Assembly: GCF_009914755.1 (NCBI RefSeq)
Contig: NC_060945.1
Reading direction: 5' to 3' (one strand)
Origin: the human T2T-CHM13v2.0 reference genome, Homo sapiens
Length of the DNA stretch: 64,000 nucleotides
The position numbers and the translations under genes are program-made. Shown here in pieces: positions 15,521 through 28,913 of this stretch (the first letter of the stretch is position 1; every line of letters begins with the position of its first letter). Below the pieces are notes generated by a model, which worked only from the letters and a program-made list of their open reading frames with translations, had not been told where the DNA came from and made no database searches.

Positions 15521-16542
15521 TTTTGTCTTTGAGGAGACAAACCCATTTTATTGTCTATCGTGTTATATAAAAATCTAGAAAGAATAGATTTGTACAGAAA
15601 AAACAAATGATAATAAATGGGAGCACAAAAGAAAGAATTTAAATTTGCTATTTTTCCCAGTGGTATTAAGATGACAATCATTTTAAAGCACATGTGTCTG
15701 GCTTCAGGGTAGGATTTGTTCATCGGCCAAAGCCTGCCATAAAACTATGGCTTTCAGTGTCTGTCCGTTCTACTGGCTCTTGACAGAACTTCTGAGGTCT
15801 TCAAGAAAAGTCATGTACTCCTGCTCCTCCAGGGCTGTGCTGAGCTCCATTAGCTTATGGGCAAAAGGGTTGGCCACCCCTCCATTCACAAGGAAATCCA
15901 CTAGGTGGTCATATAAGGCCGAGTCCCGGAAATCTGTGTTGAGTATAAAATTAGTGTCCTTTCATTGAGACTCCCCATTGGACTGAAAGTTACTTCCCTG
16001 ATAGAGAAAAGGTCACTCTCAACCTCCTCTTCTGGCCCACCCTCATCCTCTGGGTAGTGACAGTCCAGCACAAGGGCCTTCTTGCCACCACTCTTCAAAA
16101 CTTGGACCACGAAATTGGGAGGTGATGTCAATTCAGGCTCCTGTTCTCCAACTTGCTGCCCTTTCGAGGGTTCCTCCTTGCCATCAAGTGTCGGTGGGAT
16201 GCTGTTGTTAATGTTGAAAGTGACAGCGATCTTTCCCCGGCAGCTTTTCCCACTAATTTAGCTTCTGTCCCATTTAACTGCCGCTCCCATCCTCCAGACA
16301 TCTTAGGGAGGGTTTTATGCTTCTGGATTTTCCTCTCCTCCTCAATTTCACCATTCAGGATATCAACAGTCTCCTTCGGTGTGCAGCGCGCCACAGCCAC
16401 TGGGGCAGGACCTGCGAGGCCGCAGGAGGCCAAGCCATCTCTGGGACCCCGGGGACCCGGTGCGCACGCTGAGCAGCACCAAGGACGGGGCGCACGGCCG
16501 GGGCTACGGCTGCAGGAGCTGCCGGAAGGGCGCGGCAGGGGG
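15521..16542 (-). pseudogene. C1QBP: Processed pseudogene of C1QBP (p32/gC1qR/HABP1), 5'-truncated (possibly the annotated C1QBPP1; unverified)
   Basis: Minus-strand translations PFRQLLQP, LHTEGD, EERKIQKHKTLPKMSGGWE, PNFVV, GKKALVLDCHYPEDE, FLEDLRSSVKSQ* (stop 15770-15772) match C1QBP with no introns. In-frame TAG at 16504-16506 and at least 3 frameshifts. 3'UTR with AATAAA (15547-15552), decayed A-tail, TSD ttatttttct at 15511-15520 and 16543-16552. Confidence 0.96.
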
Positions 16543-17625
16543 TTATTTTTCTATTTCATTTTGATTATGACTATAAAATACAAAATCAATGCATTCTTAA
16601 AAAGTGCTATAATGTAAAAATTATAAATATACAAAACACGAAGAATCAGCATGTAGTTTGTATTTAGAATTATTATGCAGTTAATATTAGCAGTGTTAAA
16701 CATGAATTTAATAGAAATGAGCATAATTCAGTTTATTGTGATATAATCTGTTTAGGTGAATCATAGTCTTCACATTTGTAGATTAGCTATTTTTGAAATG
16801 TATAAGATAGCACAAAGTATGTGATGGCATAAGAGTAGATGCATGTTGAATCTTCCATGCTCACCTTTGGTGTCAGGGAATTATTTATTCTACATTACAT
16901 ATGTATAAGTACCAGTTAATAAATTTAATCATGTTAATGTTGAACACAGAATTTTATGCAAGGAATGCCCTCCACCCATTAACTTCCTGAGTCCTAAACT
17001 GTTGAGTGTACAACCACTGTGAAAATAATATAATGATGAAGACCTGCTAAGTACATCTCTCTAGAGCAGCATTTTAAATATGGCACTGCTTGGTCAGCTC
17101 ACTATAAAAAGAAGTATCAAGACTAGGTTTGAGAGTTAAGATCCCTTAGGGCCAGGCATCCATTCTATAAGACAGGCAGAGGTGCATTTCTTATCTCTTC
17201 AATGATAATAAAAGCTTTTTATGTACTAGTATCTATGGTTCCAGCATCACAACCACTCACTAAGAAATTCTCCAGTGGTTCTTACAGGATCCAAATCAAT
17301 TAGTGTGGCAGTTTCTCCCTTCATGTTACCATTTGCACTAGTGTCGTTAAGGCCCCTACTCTTACAGGGTGGTTTACAAGAATCCAGATCTGTTAAATTG
17401 GCAAGTTGTGTAGAGAATAGGACTTTGGGATAGATGGGGAATGTGATTCCAAATTCCATCTAGGTCTCCTGTAATGTGATTCTCCAGATTGGCCTTCTCT
17501 TCTCTTTATGCAATTGCTCCTCATTCCTCTTGCTTTTCTTCCCCATACCCAGTCCTCTCTATTTTTGTTATATTAGAAACAGGTTCTAAGCACAAACACT
17601 CTCTAGCAGTGATTCTTTTGATCTC

Positions 17626-17716
17626 TGTGTGTGTGTGTGTGTATACAAATTCTTAAGTTTATATATATACGTGTGTATATATATACCACATATATATAAG
17701 TATATGTGGTATATGT
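17626..17716. repeat. (TG)n/(TA)n compound simple repeat
   Basis: Seen directly. Confidence 0.8.
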
Positions 17717-18020
17717 TTGTATTCTATCAGAAAGACTTCCACATATAAGGCGAAGGAAATAGAGAGCAACCAGACTAATACTCGAACGTGTGGCACACCC
17801 TAGAAATTACTAAATCAGTTATTAAAAATATAGTTAACTTCATTTTCAGCTACATAATAAGGAGCAATAAAGTGCAAAATGACAGTACAGTTTCATAGTG
17901 CTTCATTAGTGATCATCTCAGTCCCTATTTCTAACTAGATAATTTTTGTATGGAACTTTTACTCTGCATCATTATTTGATTTTGTCACTGTATTAGCCAG
18001 AGAACCACAGAACCAATGGA

Positions 18021-18092
18021 TGTGTGTGTGTATGTGTGTGTGTGTATGTGTGTGTGTGTGTGTGTGTATGTGTGTGTGCGCGCGTGTGTGTA
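18021..18092. repeat. (TG)n microsatellite within MLT2
   Basis: Seen directly. Confidence 0.9.
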
Positions 18093-18099
18093 GATATAT

Positions 18100-18449
18100 T
18101 GTCTTAAGCAGTTTGGGATAAAATGCCATATACTGGTTGGCTTATAAACAACAGAAATGTATTTCTTAAGAGTTCTGGAGGCTGGACGTCTGACATCAGG
18201 GTATCAGCACGCTCGAGTTCTGGTGAGAGCTCTCTTCCAAGTTGCAGACTGCTAACTTCTCATTATATCCTCACATAGTGGAAAAAAGCGCTCTGTGGTC
18301 TCTTTTATAAGGGCATTAAACCCATTCACAAGGGCTGTGCCCTCATGACCTAATCATGTTACAAATGCCCCACCTCTAAATATCATCACGTTGGGGTCAG
18401 AATTTCAACATACACATTTTGAGTGAACACAAACATTCAGTTCATTGCA
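18100..18449 (-). mobile_element. MLT1A0-like solo LTR nested in MLT2
   Basis: ggcttataaacaacagaaat...gttctggaggctgg...ttttataagggca...cacaaacattcagttcattgca; TSD tatat/tatag. Confidence 0.85.
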
Positions 18450-18577
18450 TATAGATATGAAATTTTTCTTCATTACATGTGTATGTGCATGTATGTATAG
18501 ACACACACACGCATGCCCACATGCACACACATGTACACCCATATATGTGTGAGGAAGGAAGAGAGAGAAGCAGGAAG

Positions 18578-18838
18578 ATTTTTGTTAATGTTTTGTTAAC
18601 ATTTATTTTAAGTTCAGGGGTACATGTGCAGTTTGTTATGTAGATAAATCCATGTCTTGGGGGTTTGCTGGACAGATTATTTTGGCAGCCAGGTATTATG
18701 CTTAGTACCCATTAGTTATTTTTCCTGTTCCTCTCTTTCCTCCCACTCTCCACCTCCGGTAGGTCCCAGTGTGTGTTGCTGCCCTCTATGTATCCATGTG
18801 TTCTCATTATTTAGCTCCCACTTACAAATGAGCACATG
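18578..18838 (-). mobile_element. L1PA15/16-like 3' end nested in MLT2
   Basis: ttttaagttcaggggtacatgtgcag...ccatgtgttctcattatttagctcccactta. Confidence 0.85.
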
Positions 18839-19525
18839 GAAATTCTACCAGATGCACATCCAAATTCTACAAGATATTTCTTTTAAGAAAGTGGCTCACA
18901 GAACTGGGGAGACCGGTAAAGTCCAAAATTGGCAGGGCAGGCCAGTAGGCTGGAGATGCCAGGAGGAGTTACTGTTGCAGCTCATGTAGGAAGACAATCT
19001 GGAGACAAAGTTTCCTCTTTCTCTGGGGCTCTCAATCTGTTTTCTCTCGAGGTCTTCAACTGAACGGTTGATGCCCACTCACATTATGGAAGGCAGCTTG
19101 CTTTATTAGAAGTCTACTGATTTAAATGTTGGCCTTATCTAAAAACTGCCTTTACAGAAGTATTCACATTGTTGGACCAAAGATTTGGGTACTGTGACCT
19201 AGTCAAGTTGTCACCTAAAATGAACCATCATGTCACCTGCAATCTCATTTAAAATGCATGTCTATATATCACGATTTTTCATTTTGCTGTTTACATTCCC
19301 TCACTATCAACTTAATATTTCTACCTCTAGCCATGTCTGTTTCTATTTTCACAGAATTTAAGATTTTCTTATCAAATGCAATCTTGGTATATTTCTGTTG
19401 TCTCTGCTGATTTTCATCAAAATTGGATTTCTTTATTGTTACTTCTTTTTGACATTCTGAACGTTGCCTTTCTCTTCTGTATATTTTTTACTCACTTGTT
19501 GTGAGTCTGCAAGGTTATTTTATAG

Positions 19526-19891
<366 letters not shown>

Positions 19892-20035
19892 AAAAGTTTC
19901 CATCATTTCACAGATTAAATTGTATGTGTGTGTGTTAATTATTATATATTCCCGCAACTCAACATTTCTGACTAGTTTTTAATAATCCTGTTTATAATTT
20001 TATATACATTAACAGCATCAATTTTAATTGATGAC

Positions 20036-20394
20036 TGTTATAGACAAAATGTTTATGTCCAACCCCCAAATTCATGTGCTGAAATCCTAACCCTAAGGAG
20101 ATGGGCCTTAGGGCCTTCTTCAGGTGATTAGGTCATGAGGGTGAAACCCTCCTGAATGGGATTAGTAACCTTATAAAAACAGTCCAGGAGACCTTGGACT
20201 TGCCCCTTGCCCCTTCCACCATGTGGGGACATTGAGGAGATAGCCATCTGTGAACCAGGGAGGGGACCCTAACCAGAAACTAAATTTGCCAGTCCCATGG
20301 TCTTGAACTTCCCAGCCTCCAAAACTGTGAGAAATAAATTTCTGCTGTTTATAATCTTTTTTATAGCTTATAGCTGCCTGAACAGACTAGGATA
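20036..20394 (+). mobile_element. MLT1A0-like solo LTR
   Basis: aaattcatgtgctgaaatcctaacc...ggtgattaggtcatgagggtg...cagcctccaaaactgtgagaaataaatttctgctgtttataa. Confidence 0.85.
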
Positions 20395-22830
20395 ACAAAC
20401 ACAATAGAAATAAAAAATTAAAAATGCCATCCACATAGCAGTCATTTTTTGTTAAGCATAGACTTTATGTTATATTTATATTATATTATAATTTTATATT
20501 ATAAAATTTTAAATATGCTTTTTCATATGCCACCACAGTAATCAATTGCTTACTTGCTGCTAAGAGCCTTAGTAGAACTTCATGACATTAGAGACAAACA
20601 TACCTATCCCACAAATGCAGTGTCTGACACAAAATAGGTAGACAATCATTAATGGTTAAATAAATATCAATTGAATGGGATTGCTAGATTGACTTGACAA
20701 AATCATTAGCTTTATGTGAGGTACCTACCATGTGGTTCAAATGAAATATAAAATTTGGTTCATGCCCACAAGCAATTTTAAATTGGTTTGGAGATTTCTA
20801 TTTTAAATACATAAAACTCTAATAAGTGTCACGAATAACATACTTAAGAGACAAAGCCCATACATGCATTACACTAACCAAAATCAGATGATACGAGGCA
20901 GTGTGGTTTTTGCATTTTTAAAAGGCATACAGCGTAGTTGATCAGAATTTCTTAAGGCCATGTGTAGAGTTCTCTAAGTATTGAAATCTGGCACGTCACT
21001 TTGGGCCAGTCTCAGAGAAAATGTAAAGATAATCAGTTTGGAACTGATATAAGAGTGGTTACTAGGGGAAATAAAGATAGAACAAAGGGAAATTGTGAAA
21101 AAGTCACTATAATTGCTTTATAAATTGATCAGGTATTACAGAAAACTCTACAAAGCATTTGATTACAGCAATATATTTATAACTGATATTAAACTGCAAA
21201 ACAAAACAAAGTAAACTTAATGAGAGAGAGGAAGAAAAAGAGGGAGAGACATGGAGAGAAGGCTTGAACATATCTTTGAGTAATGCACAAATCTGATTGC
21301 ACTAAGATGAACAAGACACCTGACACAAATTATCTTCTAAAATAATACACCCAAATAATCTACATATAAAGTTAATATTAAATGCTTATTCTTGGTGTTA
21401 CAGAAATTTGCTGCCTTTGCACAGTACATTATTTAAGCTAATTTGCTTCTCTGACTAATATTCATAACAGAATCTCACTGGTATAGTCATCAGTGACTTA
21501 CTGGCAATATAAAATAATTGAAATTATCAACAGAAGAAATTAAAGGATGAAGGTTTAAATGATAGAACTATAATACATGCCAGCAATTTCTCAAAGTGAA
21601 TTACCCAAATATAATTGCATATCTCTGTTGTGTTCTAAAGTTCAGCAGCCTGGAATGTTATTTAATTATGCATGCATTAATAAGAAACTGCATCCCAAAA
21701 AGGGGAAAATAATGGAAAAACTGTTTAAAACTTATATGGACTACAAATCTAGTAATAATATTTAGGTATTATATGCTCTATTTTCTATTATATTCCTTCT
21801 AGATACATCAACCAAATAGCTTGAGACTAATATAAATTATCTCTTATATAATCATATTAATCGATCTCATCGCCAAAATGTAAGGATCAAAATCATACTT
21901 TGTACATTATTTTGTTTTGAAAATACTGACTTTATGCATCTACCTTCAACCAGGTTTTGAATTTGACACACATAAATTTGAATTTGTTAAGCTTGTCTTT
22001 AATGTAGTCATGCAGATGGATGGCATGGTTTAAATAAACTTTCCTAACCTATTACCTCTTTAAAGGATTTTGTTTCTATAAAAAAGAACATAGATGTTGT
22101 TAATGATGTTTATTGTCTCTCTTTTTGCAATGATAATGAAACCAGTATTGCTTAATTATGAGTCATTTCCATATTACTAGAAAGGTATAGTGATTTGTCT
22201 TAAGTAATACTAATTAGGACATTTACTAGCTGAGATTAAAATAGATTATAACTATCTATATTTTAAAGAAAATTTTATCTTCAATGCATTCATAGGATTT
22301 GGGTACACCAAAAGAGAAACTCTAAAATTCAAAGAAGCAAGTGAAGAAAATGTTAACTATAATTCAAAAGTAGTATATTCTGAGAGTAGAAATATCCGAT
22401 TTTCTGATGAGTGCAAATTTTTCTCTCAGATTCTTAGATGTGAGATTGTAGTTCCAAACTACAGTCTGAAAATACACAGGTGCACTTTGAACTGTCTGAA
22501 AATTGAATAAATAGTTGATATATATACATTCATACAAGCATGTTTGTGTTTAAATATTTTTAAATCTTTATGAAATAAAATGTAAATCTGAGCACTCTTT
22601 TGCTAGACATATGATGTTATTTCAATCAATGTATACAATAACTATAACTGCTAATGAAGAAAATATCTGCAAAACAAATAGAAAATATTATTTTGAAGCA
22701 GGATACCTGAACAAAACTTTTTTGCATGTGTTGGATAGGAAACACATTACATAATGCAACTCTGATTTGGAACATAATGGTGTATGTTCAGAAAGAAAAT
22801 TGCTTGCTTAAAACGTATCTTTTTTGTTAC

Positions 22831-23082
22831 TTTAAAATTTTTTGATTGACAAATATAAATTGAATATATTTATCATGTACAACATGTTTGGAAATATGCA
22901 TACATTGTGGAATGGCTAAATTGAGCTGATTAACATATGCATAATTGTAATTTTTGTAGTGAGAACATTTAAAATCTTCCCTCTTAGCAATTTTCCGGAG
23001 TATGTACAATACATTAACTACAGTCACCATGTTGCATAATATGTCTCTTTAACTTATTTCTCTTATCTAACTGAAATTTTGT
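22831..23082 (-). mobile_element. L1MA (MA8-like) 3' end
   Basis: tacattgtggaatggctaaattgagct...gtgagaacatttaaaatc...gtcaccatgttg; degenerate TSD cttaaaa..tatcttttt on both sides. Confidence 0.8.
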
Positions 23083-23134
23083 CTTAAAAATATCTTTTTA
23101 TATTTTAAATTTTACTTATTTTATAAATAAAATT

Positions 23135-24386
23135 TTAGTTTTTAATTCAACTCTTATTTTAAATACAGGGATACATGTGCAGGCTTGTTACATGAGTATA
23201 TTAAACCCAGGTTGTGAGCATAGTATTCAATAGGTAATTTTTCAATCCACACCCCTCTCCTTCACTTCCTCCTCTAGTAGCCACAGTATCTTTTGTTCCC
23301 ATGTTTAAGTCCATGTGTGCTCTATGTTTAGCTCCCACTTATAAGTGAGAATGTGTGGTATTTGGTTTTCTGTCCCCTCATTAATTCACTTAGGATTATG
23401 GGCTCCAGTTCAGTCCATGTTGCTGTGAAGGACACAATTTATTCTTTTTTTGGCTTTATAGTATTCCATGTCATAGACGTACCACATTTTCTTCACTCAA
23501 TCCACCACTGATGGGCACCTAGGCTGATTTCATGCCTTTGCTGTTGTAAATAGCATGGCGATGAACATGCAAACGCATGTGTCTTTTGGGTATAATTATC
23601 TATTTTCCTTTCTTTATATACTCAGTAATGAGATTGCTGTGTCAAATGGCAGCTCCCTTTTAAGTTCTTTGAGAAATCTCCAAGCTGCTTTCCATAGTGG
23701 TTGAACTAACTTACATTCCTACCAACAGTATACAAGCATTCCCTTTTTTTAGCACTCTCACTAGTGTCTGTTGATTTTTGACTTTATAATAATAGCCATT
23801 CTGACTGGTGTGAGATAACTCATTGTGGTTTTAACCTGAATTACTCTAATGAATAGTGATGAGCATTTTTTCATGATTTTTGGCCACTTGTGTGCTTTTT
23901 TTTTTTTTTGAGAAGTGGCTGTTCATGTCCTTTGTCCATTTTTTATTTTATTTTATTTTATGTTTTGCTTGTTGATTTGTTTGAGTTCCCTACTGATTCT
24001 GGATATTAAACCTTTGTGAGATGCATGGTTTGTGAATATTATCTCCCATTCTGTGAGTTGTCTGTTTAATCTATTGATAGTTTCTTTTGCTGTGCACAAA
24101 CTCTTCAGTTTAACCAAGTCTCACTTGTCAATGTTTGTTTTTGTTGCAATACTTTTGGGAACTTAGCCAAAAATTCTTTGCCAAGGTCAATGTCAAGAAG
24201 GATATTTTCCGAGTTTTTTTCTAAGATTCTTGTATTTTGATATCTTACATTTAAATCTTTAATCCATCTTGAGTTTTTATTATTTTGTACATGGTGAAAT
24301 GTAGGGGTCTAGTTTCAATCATCTGCAAATGGTTAGGCAGTTATCCCAGCACCATTTATTGAATAAAGAGTTCTTTCCCTGTTGCT
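23135..24386 (-). mobile_element. L1PA16/L1PB-like 3' 1.25 kb
   Basis: tacatgtgcaggcttgttacatg, ttagctcccacttataagtgagaa, atagccattctgactggtgtgagat, cccagcaccatttattgaata. Confidence 0.9.
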
Positions 24387-25874
24387 TTAAAATGTATGTC
24401 TTTTATTCTTGCTACTTGCAGACTTTAGCTTTTTTAAAAAAAACTTACATCTTTTAATTTATCATGAAAATTACTCACCCAAGTACAAATTTTAAACATT
24501 TAATACGTTTTATCAGTGTGATATATCCTCATTTTTTTAAAAACGTATGTCTTTAAATCTGATAGTGAAAAACTTTCCTCATCTGCCTTATCTCTTCTCC
24601 TTCTTCACTTTCAAAGTAATCATCCTTAACTTGTATAGTTATTTTTCTAAGACCTTGTCTCTGTATTTCTGGATTACCTGACTGAAAGGCTATTTTTGAT
24701 TAATGTATTTTATACATAATGTCATGACTGCTACAAGGCAGAGAAAATCTTCCCATCAACATTTTTATTCTCACCACCTCTCACAGTACATGACAATATT
24801 TGTTTAAATAACAGATAACCTTTATACTATGTTCTTACAATACTAATCAATACAAGTCCAACAACACAATTACTCTTTTGATTTGTAGCTCTTTATTTTT
24901 TATTGCACTAATTTTTTTCATTATTTATTCTTACCCGATTTTCTATGTAGTAATCACTAATTTTATAAAAGTAAATAACAATTCTACTACTTGCCTTAAA
25001 ACGTGTTTAAATGTTCAAAAACACCAGTTCTATTCTCTCCTCCACCCCACCCCAAAGTCCTCCGCCTAGAATCTACCGGCATCTAACTTCTAATTGGATT
25101 GTTTGCTCATTGGATCTGTAACACGAAAATCCAAATGTGGTTTCTTTATACAATCATTTTGGGATCCCCAATTACACATATTCTGCATAGATCCACTTTC
25201 ACATGCATCCCTTTTTTTAATCTCATTTGAATTACATTCTTCTTTGCTGGAGCACATCTTTCATTATGCTTGTAAAAAGGGCCAGGGATTTATAAACTAC
25301 CAATTAAAAATACAAACATACATATAAGAGCACATATAAAATGGAATCATAAAACATAAAGATGGGGAAAAAATGTACACAATATGTTAATCACCCTCAC
25401 TGTGAAATTCAACAAAAATGCTGCATATATACTATTTTAAAATTTTAGAGGAAACAAGTCCAGTTTTTAAAGGTATAATATATTTAATATTATTTAGGTA
25501 TAATCTAATGATTATCACTTTAAAAATAACTTAAAATATCTTACTAACAAAATAGTCAAACTTTGTTAGGTTATCTATAATAATAGTTTTATATATTATT
25601 TATTTTATATAATTAGCTTTATTTTATTTTATGTCATCAAAATTCAATTGATAATATTTTTCTTTACTCTTTGCTCAGGAAGGGATAAATGTTTTATTAA
25701 AGGATTCTTTGAGGCTTGTATTCTTCATCTCTAAATTAATGAAAAGAAGGAAAAGTTTTTAGAATTCTATATTTTTAAAGTAAATGTACAGATATAAATG
25801 GCTAGAATTTATTTAGTGCACCCAAGACTCAAGCATGTTACTATAACGTTGTCCTGTATTAAATAATGCAATCC

Positions 25875-26190
25875 GGCCGGGCGCAGTGGCTCATGCCTGT
25901 AATCCCAGCACTTTGGGAGGCCGAGGCTGGTGGAACACCTGAGGTCGGGAGTTCCAGACCAGCTTAGCCAACATGATGAAACCCCGTCTCTACTAAAAAT
26001 ATAAAAAAATTAGCCAGGCATTGGGGCAGGCTCCTGAAATCCCAGCTACCCGGGAGGCAGAGGCAGGAGAATCGCCTGAATCCGGGAATGGTAAGATCGC
26101 AGTGAGCCGAGATCGTGCCATCGCACTCCAGCCTAGGCAGCAAGAACGAAACTCCGTCTCAAATAAATAAATGAATAAATAAATAAATAA
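25875..26190 (+). mobile_element. AluSq/Sp-like with (TAAA)n tail
   Basis: Full dimer from ggccgggcgcagtggctca; TSD aaataatgcaatcc / aaataaagcagtcc. Confidence 0.95.
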
Positions 26191-28557
26191 AGCAGTCCTC
26201 TCAATAACTCTTTTACATTGGTACTAAAAATATTCACATTTATAGATGAGGAACTGGCTTAGGCATACAGAAATTCAGTATTTTATTTAAGATCACATAC
26301 ATTGTGTTTAGAAGTTACTAGTTAAATGATAATTTATTAATATTGGTACCAAAACAATTACTTAGTTTTAACATATAAATTTGGTAACAGTCTCATAATT
26401 TCTTATTGCAATCATATTTATTAAAATGTGTCTTACATTCAAAAGATAAAGTCAACATTATTCTTACCTGAATGTTACATGTTTTCTAGAGTGGTACAAA
26501 GATAATAATAAGACATTTTACTTTAATTTTCCTTATGTCAGTGCAAGTATAAATTGTTAAAAGAATAATTCTTTCAGCCAAATATTGTAACTGAACACTT
26601 ATGTTAATAACTTGAACTAGGATGTAGTCTTCATCATAATATGCTATTAAGTTTACACTAAATTTAATCTAATTTGTAACTTAACTCTAGTTATTCTGTT
26701 TTATGTTTAAAGTTGCCATCGTTTCTCATGGTGATTTTTATTTCCTTATTAATAGTAAGAAAGAGACGTGATGTAATGTACTATTTCTCATGTAGAGAAC
26801 TTTTAAGGAAGATAGAAATAAAATTTACATCCTGCTATTTGTATAAAGTTATGAGATACATGATAATTGCATTGTTACAAGCAAGTGCATACTTGGGGAA
26901 ATAAATACATCACAAAGGTGAATGAAATAGAATTTTACTTTTTGGCGTGATACATTGTGTGTCAAGGTCATAATGAGATATAGAGCCACAAGATGCAAGG
27001 AATCTTGGTCTCCAAGTAGATTTTGTAGGAATAAGAAATAGTCAAACATCTGTACCGTTTAGTCAAGGAGATTTTCTCATTGTTTGAAAACACATATTGT
27101 GTAATCTGACTAAATCATGTTCAACAAATTAAGCCTTCTCCACCAAAATAAATATTCTTAAGACATGTAAAAGATTTTCAGTATACCCAAAAAACTTTCA
27201 GACTCTAACAAAGACAACTTTGAAGTAAGTTTTACTATTTTTGTTCCAATTTGAGAGATCGATTTCATCACATAAACACATATCATATATTTAATTATTT
27301 TACATTAAGTTGAAATCACTGAAATCAAGTTAGATCATCCTGTAAACAAAATATATAATCAATTACTAAAGTCTGAAACGTAGGTTGTAGAAAGACAGTT
27401 TTTTTTAGAAAACAAATAATGAAATCTACATTTGAGATTTCTATTCCCTAACTAAAAGAACTAGTCTCAAGATATTTACAATCTTCAACTGTCTTCTGTT
27501 TGCCTTATTTCTCTCTCTCCAACCAGATCTCTTTTGTTTAATCGGATATAGAATTTCATTGAATTCACAAAACTGTAGTTAGAAAACACGGGACCTTTAC
27601 GAGTTGTCTGGCATTGTGATGCAGAGTGAGATGATTTTTTAAATATAATTCTATCATATGTTCATTCTTTAATTTCATTTTCTTCCCTTCATAAGATAAA
27701 ATTTAAATGATGCAAAATGGTCAGTTTTAAAATGTCTTTTTCCTTCCCTCAGTTTGAATTCCAAGATAGCTCTGTTTCAGCAAAAATAACTCTTAACATT
27801 TTTAACTATCCCTTTTACTCGTTTGGCTTGATAATTTTCAAGCTAGATAAGAAAATCAAATTTGTTTTATTTGAATAACAAAATAATATTTACAAAAATA
27901 TAATTTGTCATATGCGTCATCATGAATGTGTACAGGTTATGTACAGTTTTATATGTTTCTTCATCCAATGGTCAGAAAATTATGAAAGTCATCTTGGGTT
28001 TTGTTCAGCCATCTTGAATTTTGTATGCTTTCTCTTTTATAACTGCACACCTGGCTTTCTTACGATTAATTTTGGAAGCAGGAACAGACCCAGAAAGCAG
28101 AAAAATAGGCTTTGAGAGCCTCGGTGTACTTTCTTGGTTGAACTGACAGTAAAATTCAAAAGGAATTTTCTAATGAATCCTAGGAAGCATTTACATAGAT
28201 AAAAATAAATTAGCAAATGGCATTAGGTTCTGCTGTGCTTTTACTGATAGACAAGAGATATATTTTAAAGCAACAGTAACAATTTTGTATAATGCATTAT
28301 TTCTAATTAAAAACAAAAAAGTGCATATATATATAGGAGCCTAATGATTAAACTTCAATTCAACGAACAGGTCAAAGTAATGTAAAATAATGAAAAGAAG
28401 AAATAAATCAGATGGGCCAAAGAATATACAAAGAAACACATTAATAGAAACAGACAATGTAAGTGACATTTGAAAGATCAGAAAACCAGAAAGCAAAGTC
28501 AGCAAAATAAGGACCGAGGATCAAAAGGAACAAATAAAGTTGAAAGATGTACTGTCT

Positions 28558-28710
28558 CTACCTCCAACACCACTCTCTCCAGAGAACCACCTCTACACTT
28601 ACCTCCAATACATCCACCACCATCATCAAAAATAACTAACAGTATGAAAACTAGTACCACCACCTCCAACACAACCATCAACACTACCAACACTAAAAAT
28701 GCCACCATAA
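28558..28710. repeat. Decayed (ACC)n-like low-complexity tract
   Basis: Recurrent acc/cac triplets (acctccaacac occurs twice); explains the Thr/Pro-rich ORF 28470-28724. Confidence 0.65.
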
Positions 28711-28882
28711 TGACAATTTCATAAAAACATATTCCAAATTATACTTCCCTTGCCTCTGTAATGTGGCCCTGAATTTCTTCATTTTTATCACTAACATTTA
28801 AAGAGCTTGCGTTAAGTGTGAGGGATTGTAGTAAATGCTGATGGCACTTAATCTGAACTCTTAGGTTTACCATCTAGTGATA

Positions 28883-28913
28883 AAACAAACAAACAAACAA
28901 ACAAACAAACAAA
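28883..28913. repeat. (AAAC)n microsatellite
   Basis: Seen directly. Confidence 0.9.

Larger units (their letters stand above)
17989..19231 (-). mobile_element. MLT2 (ERVL) solo LTR, MLT2D-like, carrying nested insertions
   Basis: tgtattag...cagaaccaatggatgtgtg at the left; ggctcac...gcagggcaggccagtaggctggaga...ctactgatttaaatgtt...aaccatca at the right; TSD gtcac (17984-17988 / 19232-19236). Confidence 0.85.

Noticed and set aside
15901-16433. ORFs with real C1QBP peptides as a functional gene
   Set aside because: Fragments between frameshifts; the native start and first ~22 codons are missing and there is an in-frame stop.
16153-16617. Longest ORF (154 aa, + strand)
   Set aside because: Antisense shadow of the GC-rich C1QBP pseudogene; starts at TTG, not ATG; no protein family recognised.
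17030-17600. Higher-GC stretch, possibly ERV internal sequence
   Set aside because: Could not be assigned; the neighbouring MLT2 has TSDs on both sides, so this is not its internal region.
28470-28724. Thr/Pro-rich mucin-like ORF
   Set aside because: Product of a decayed (ACC)n low-complexity tract; no ATG start or splice evidence.
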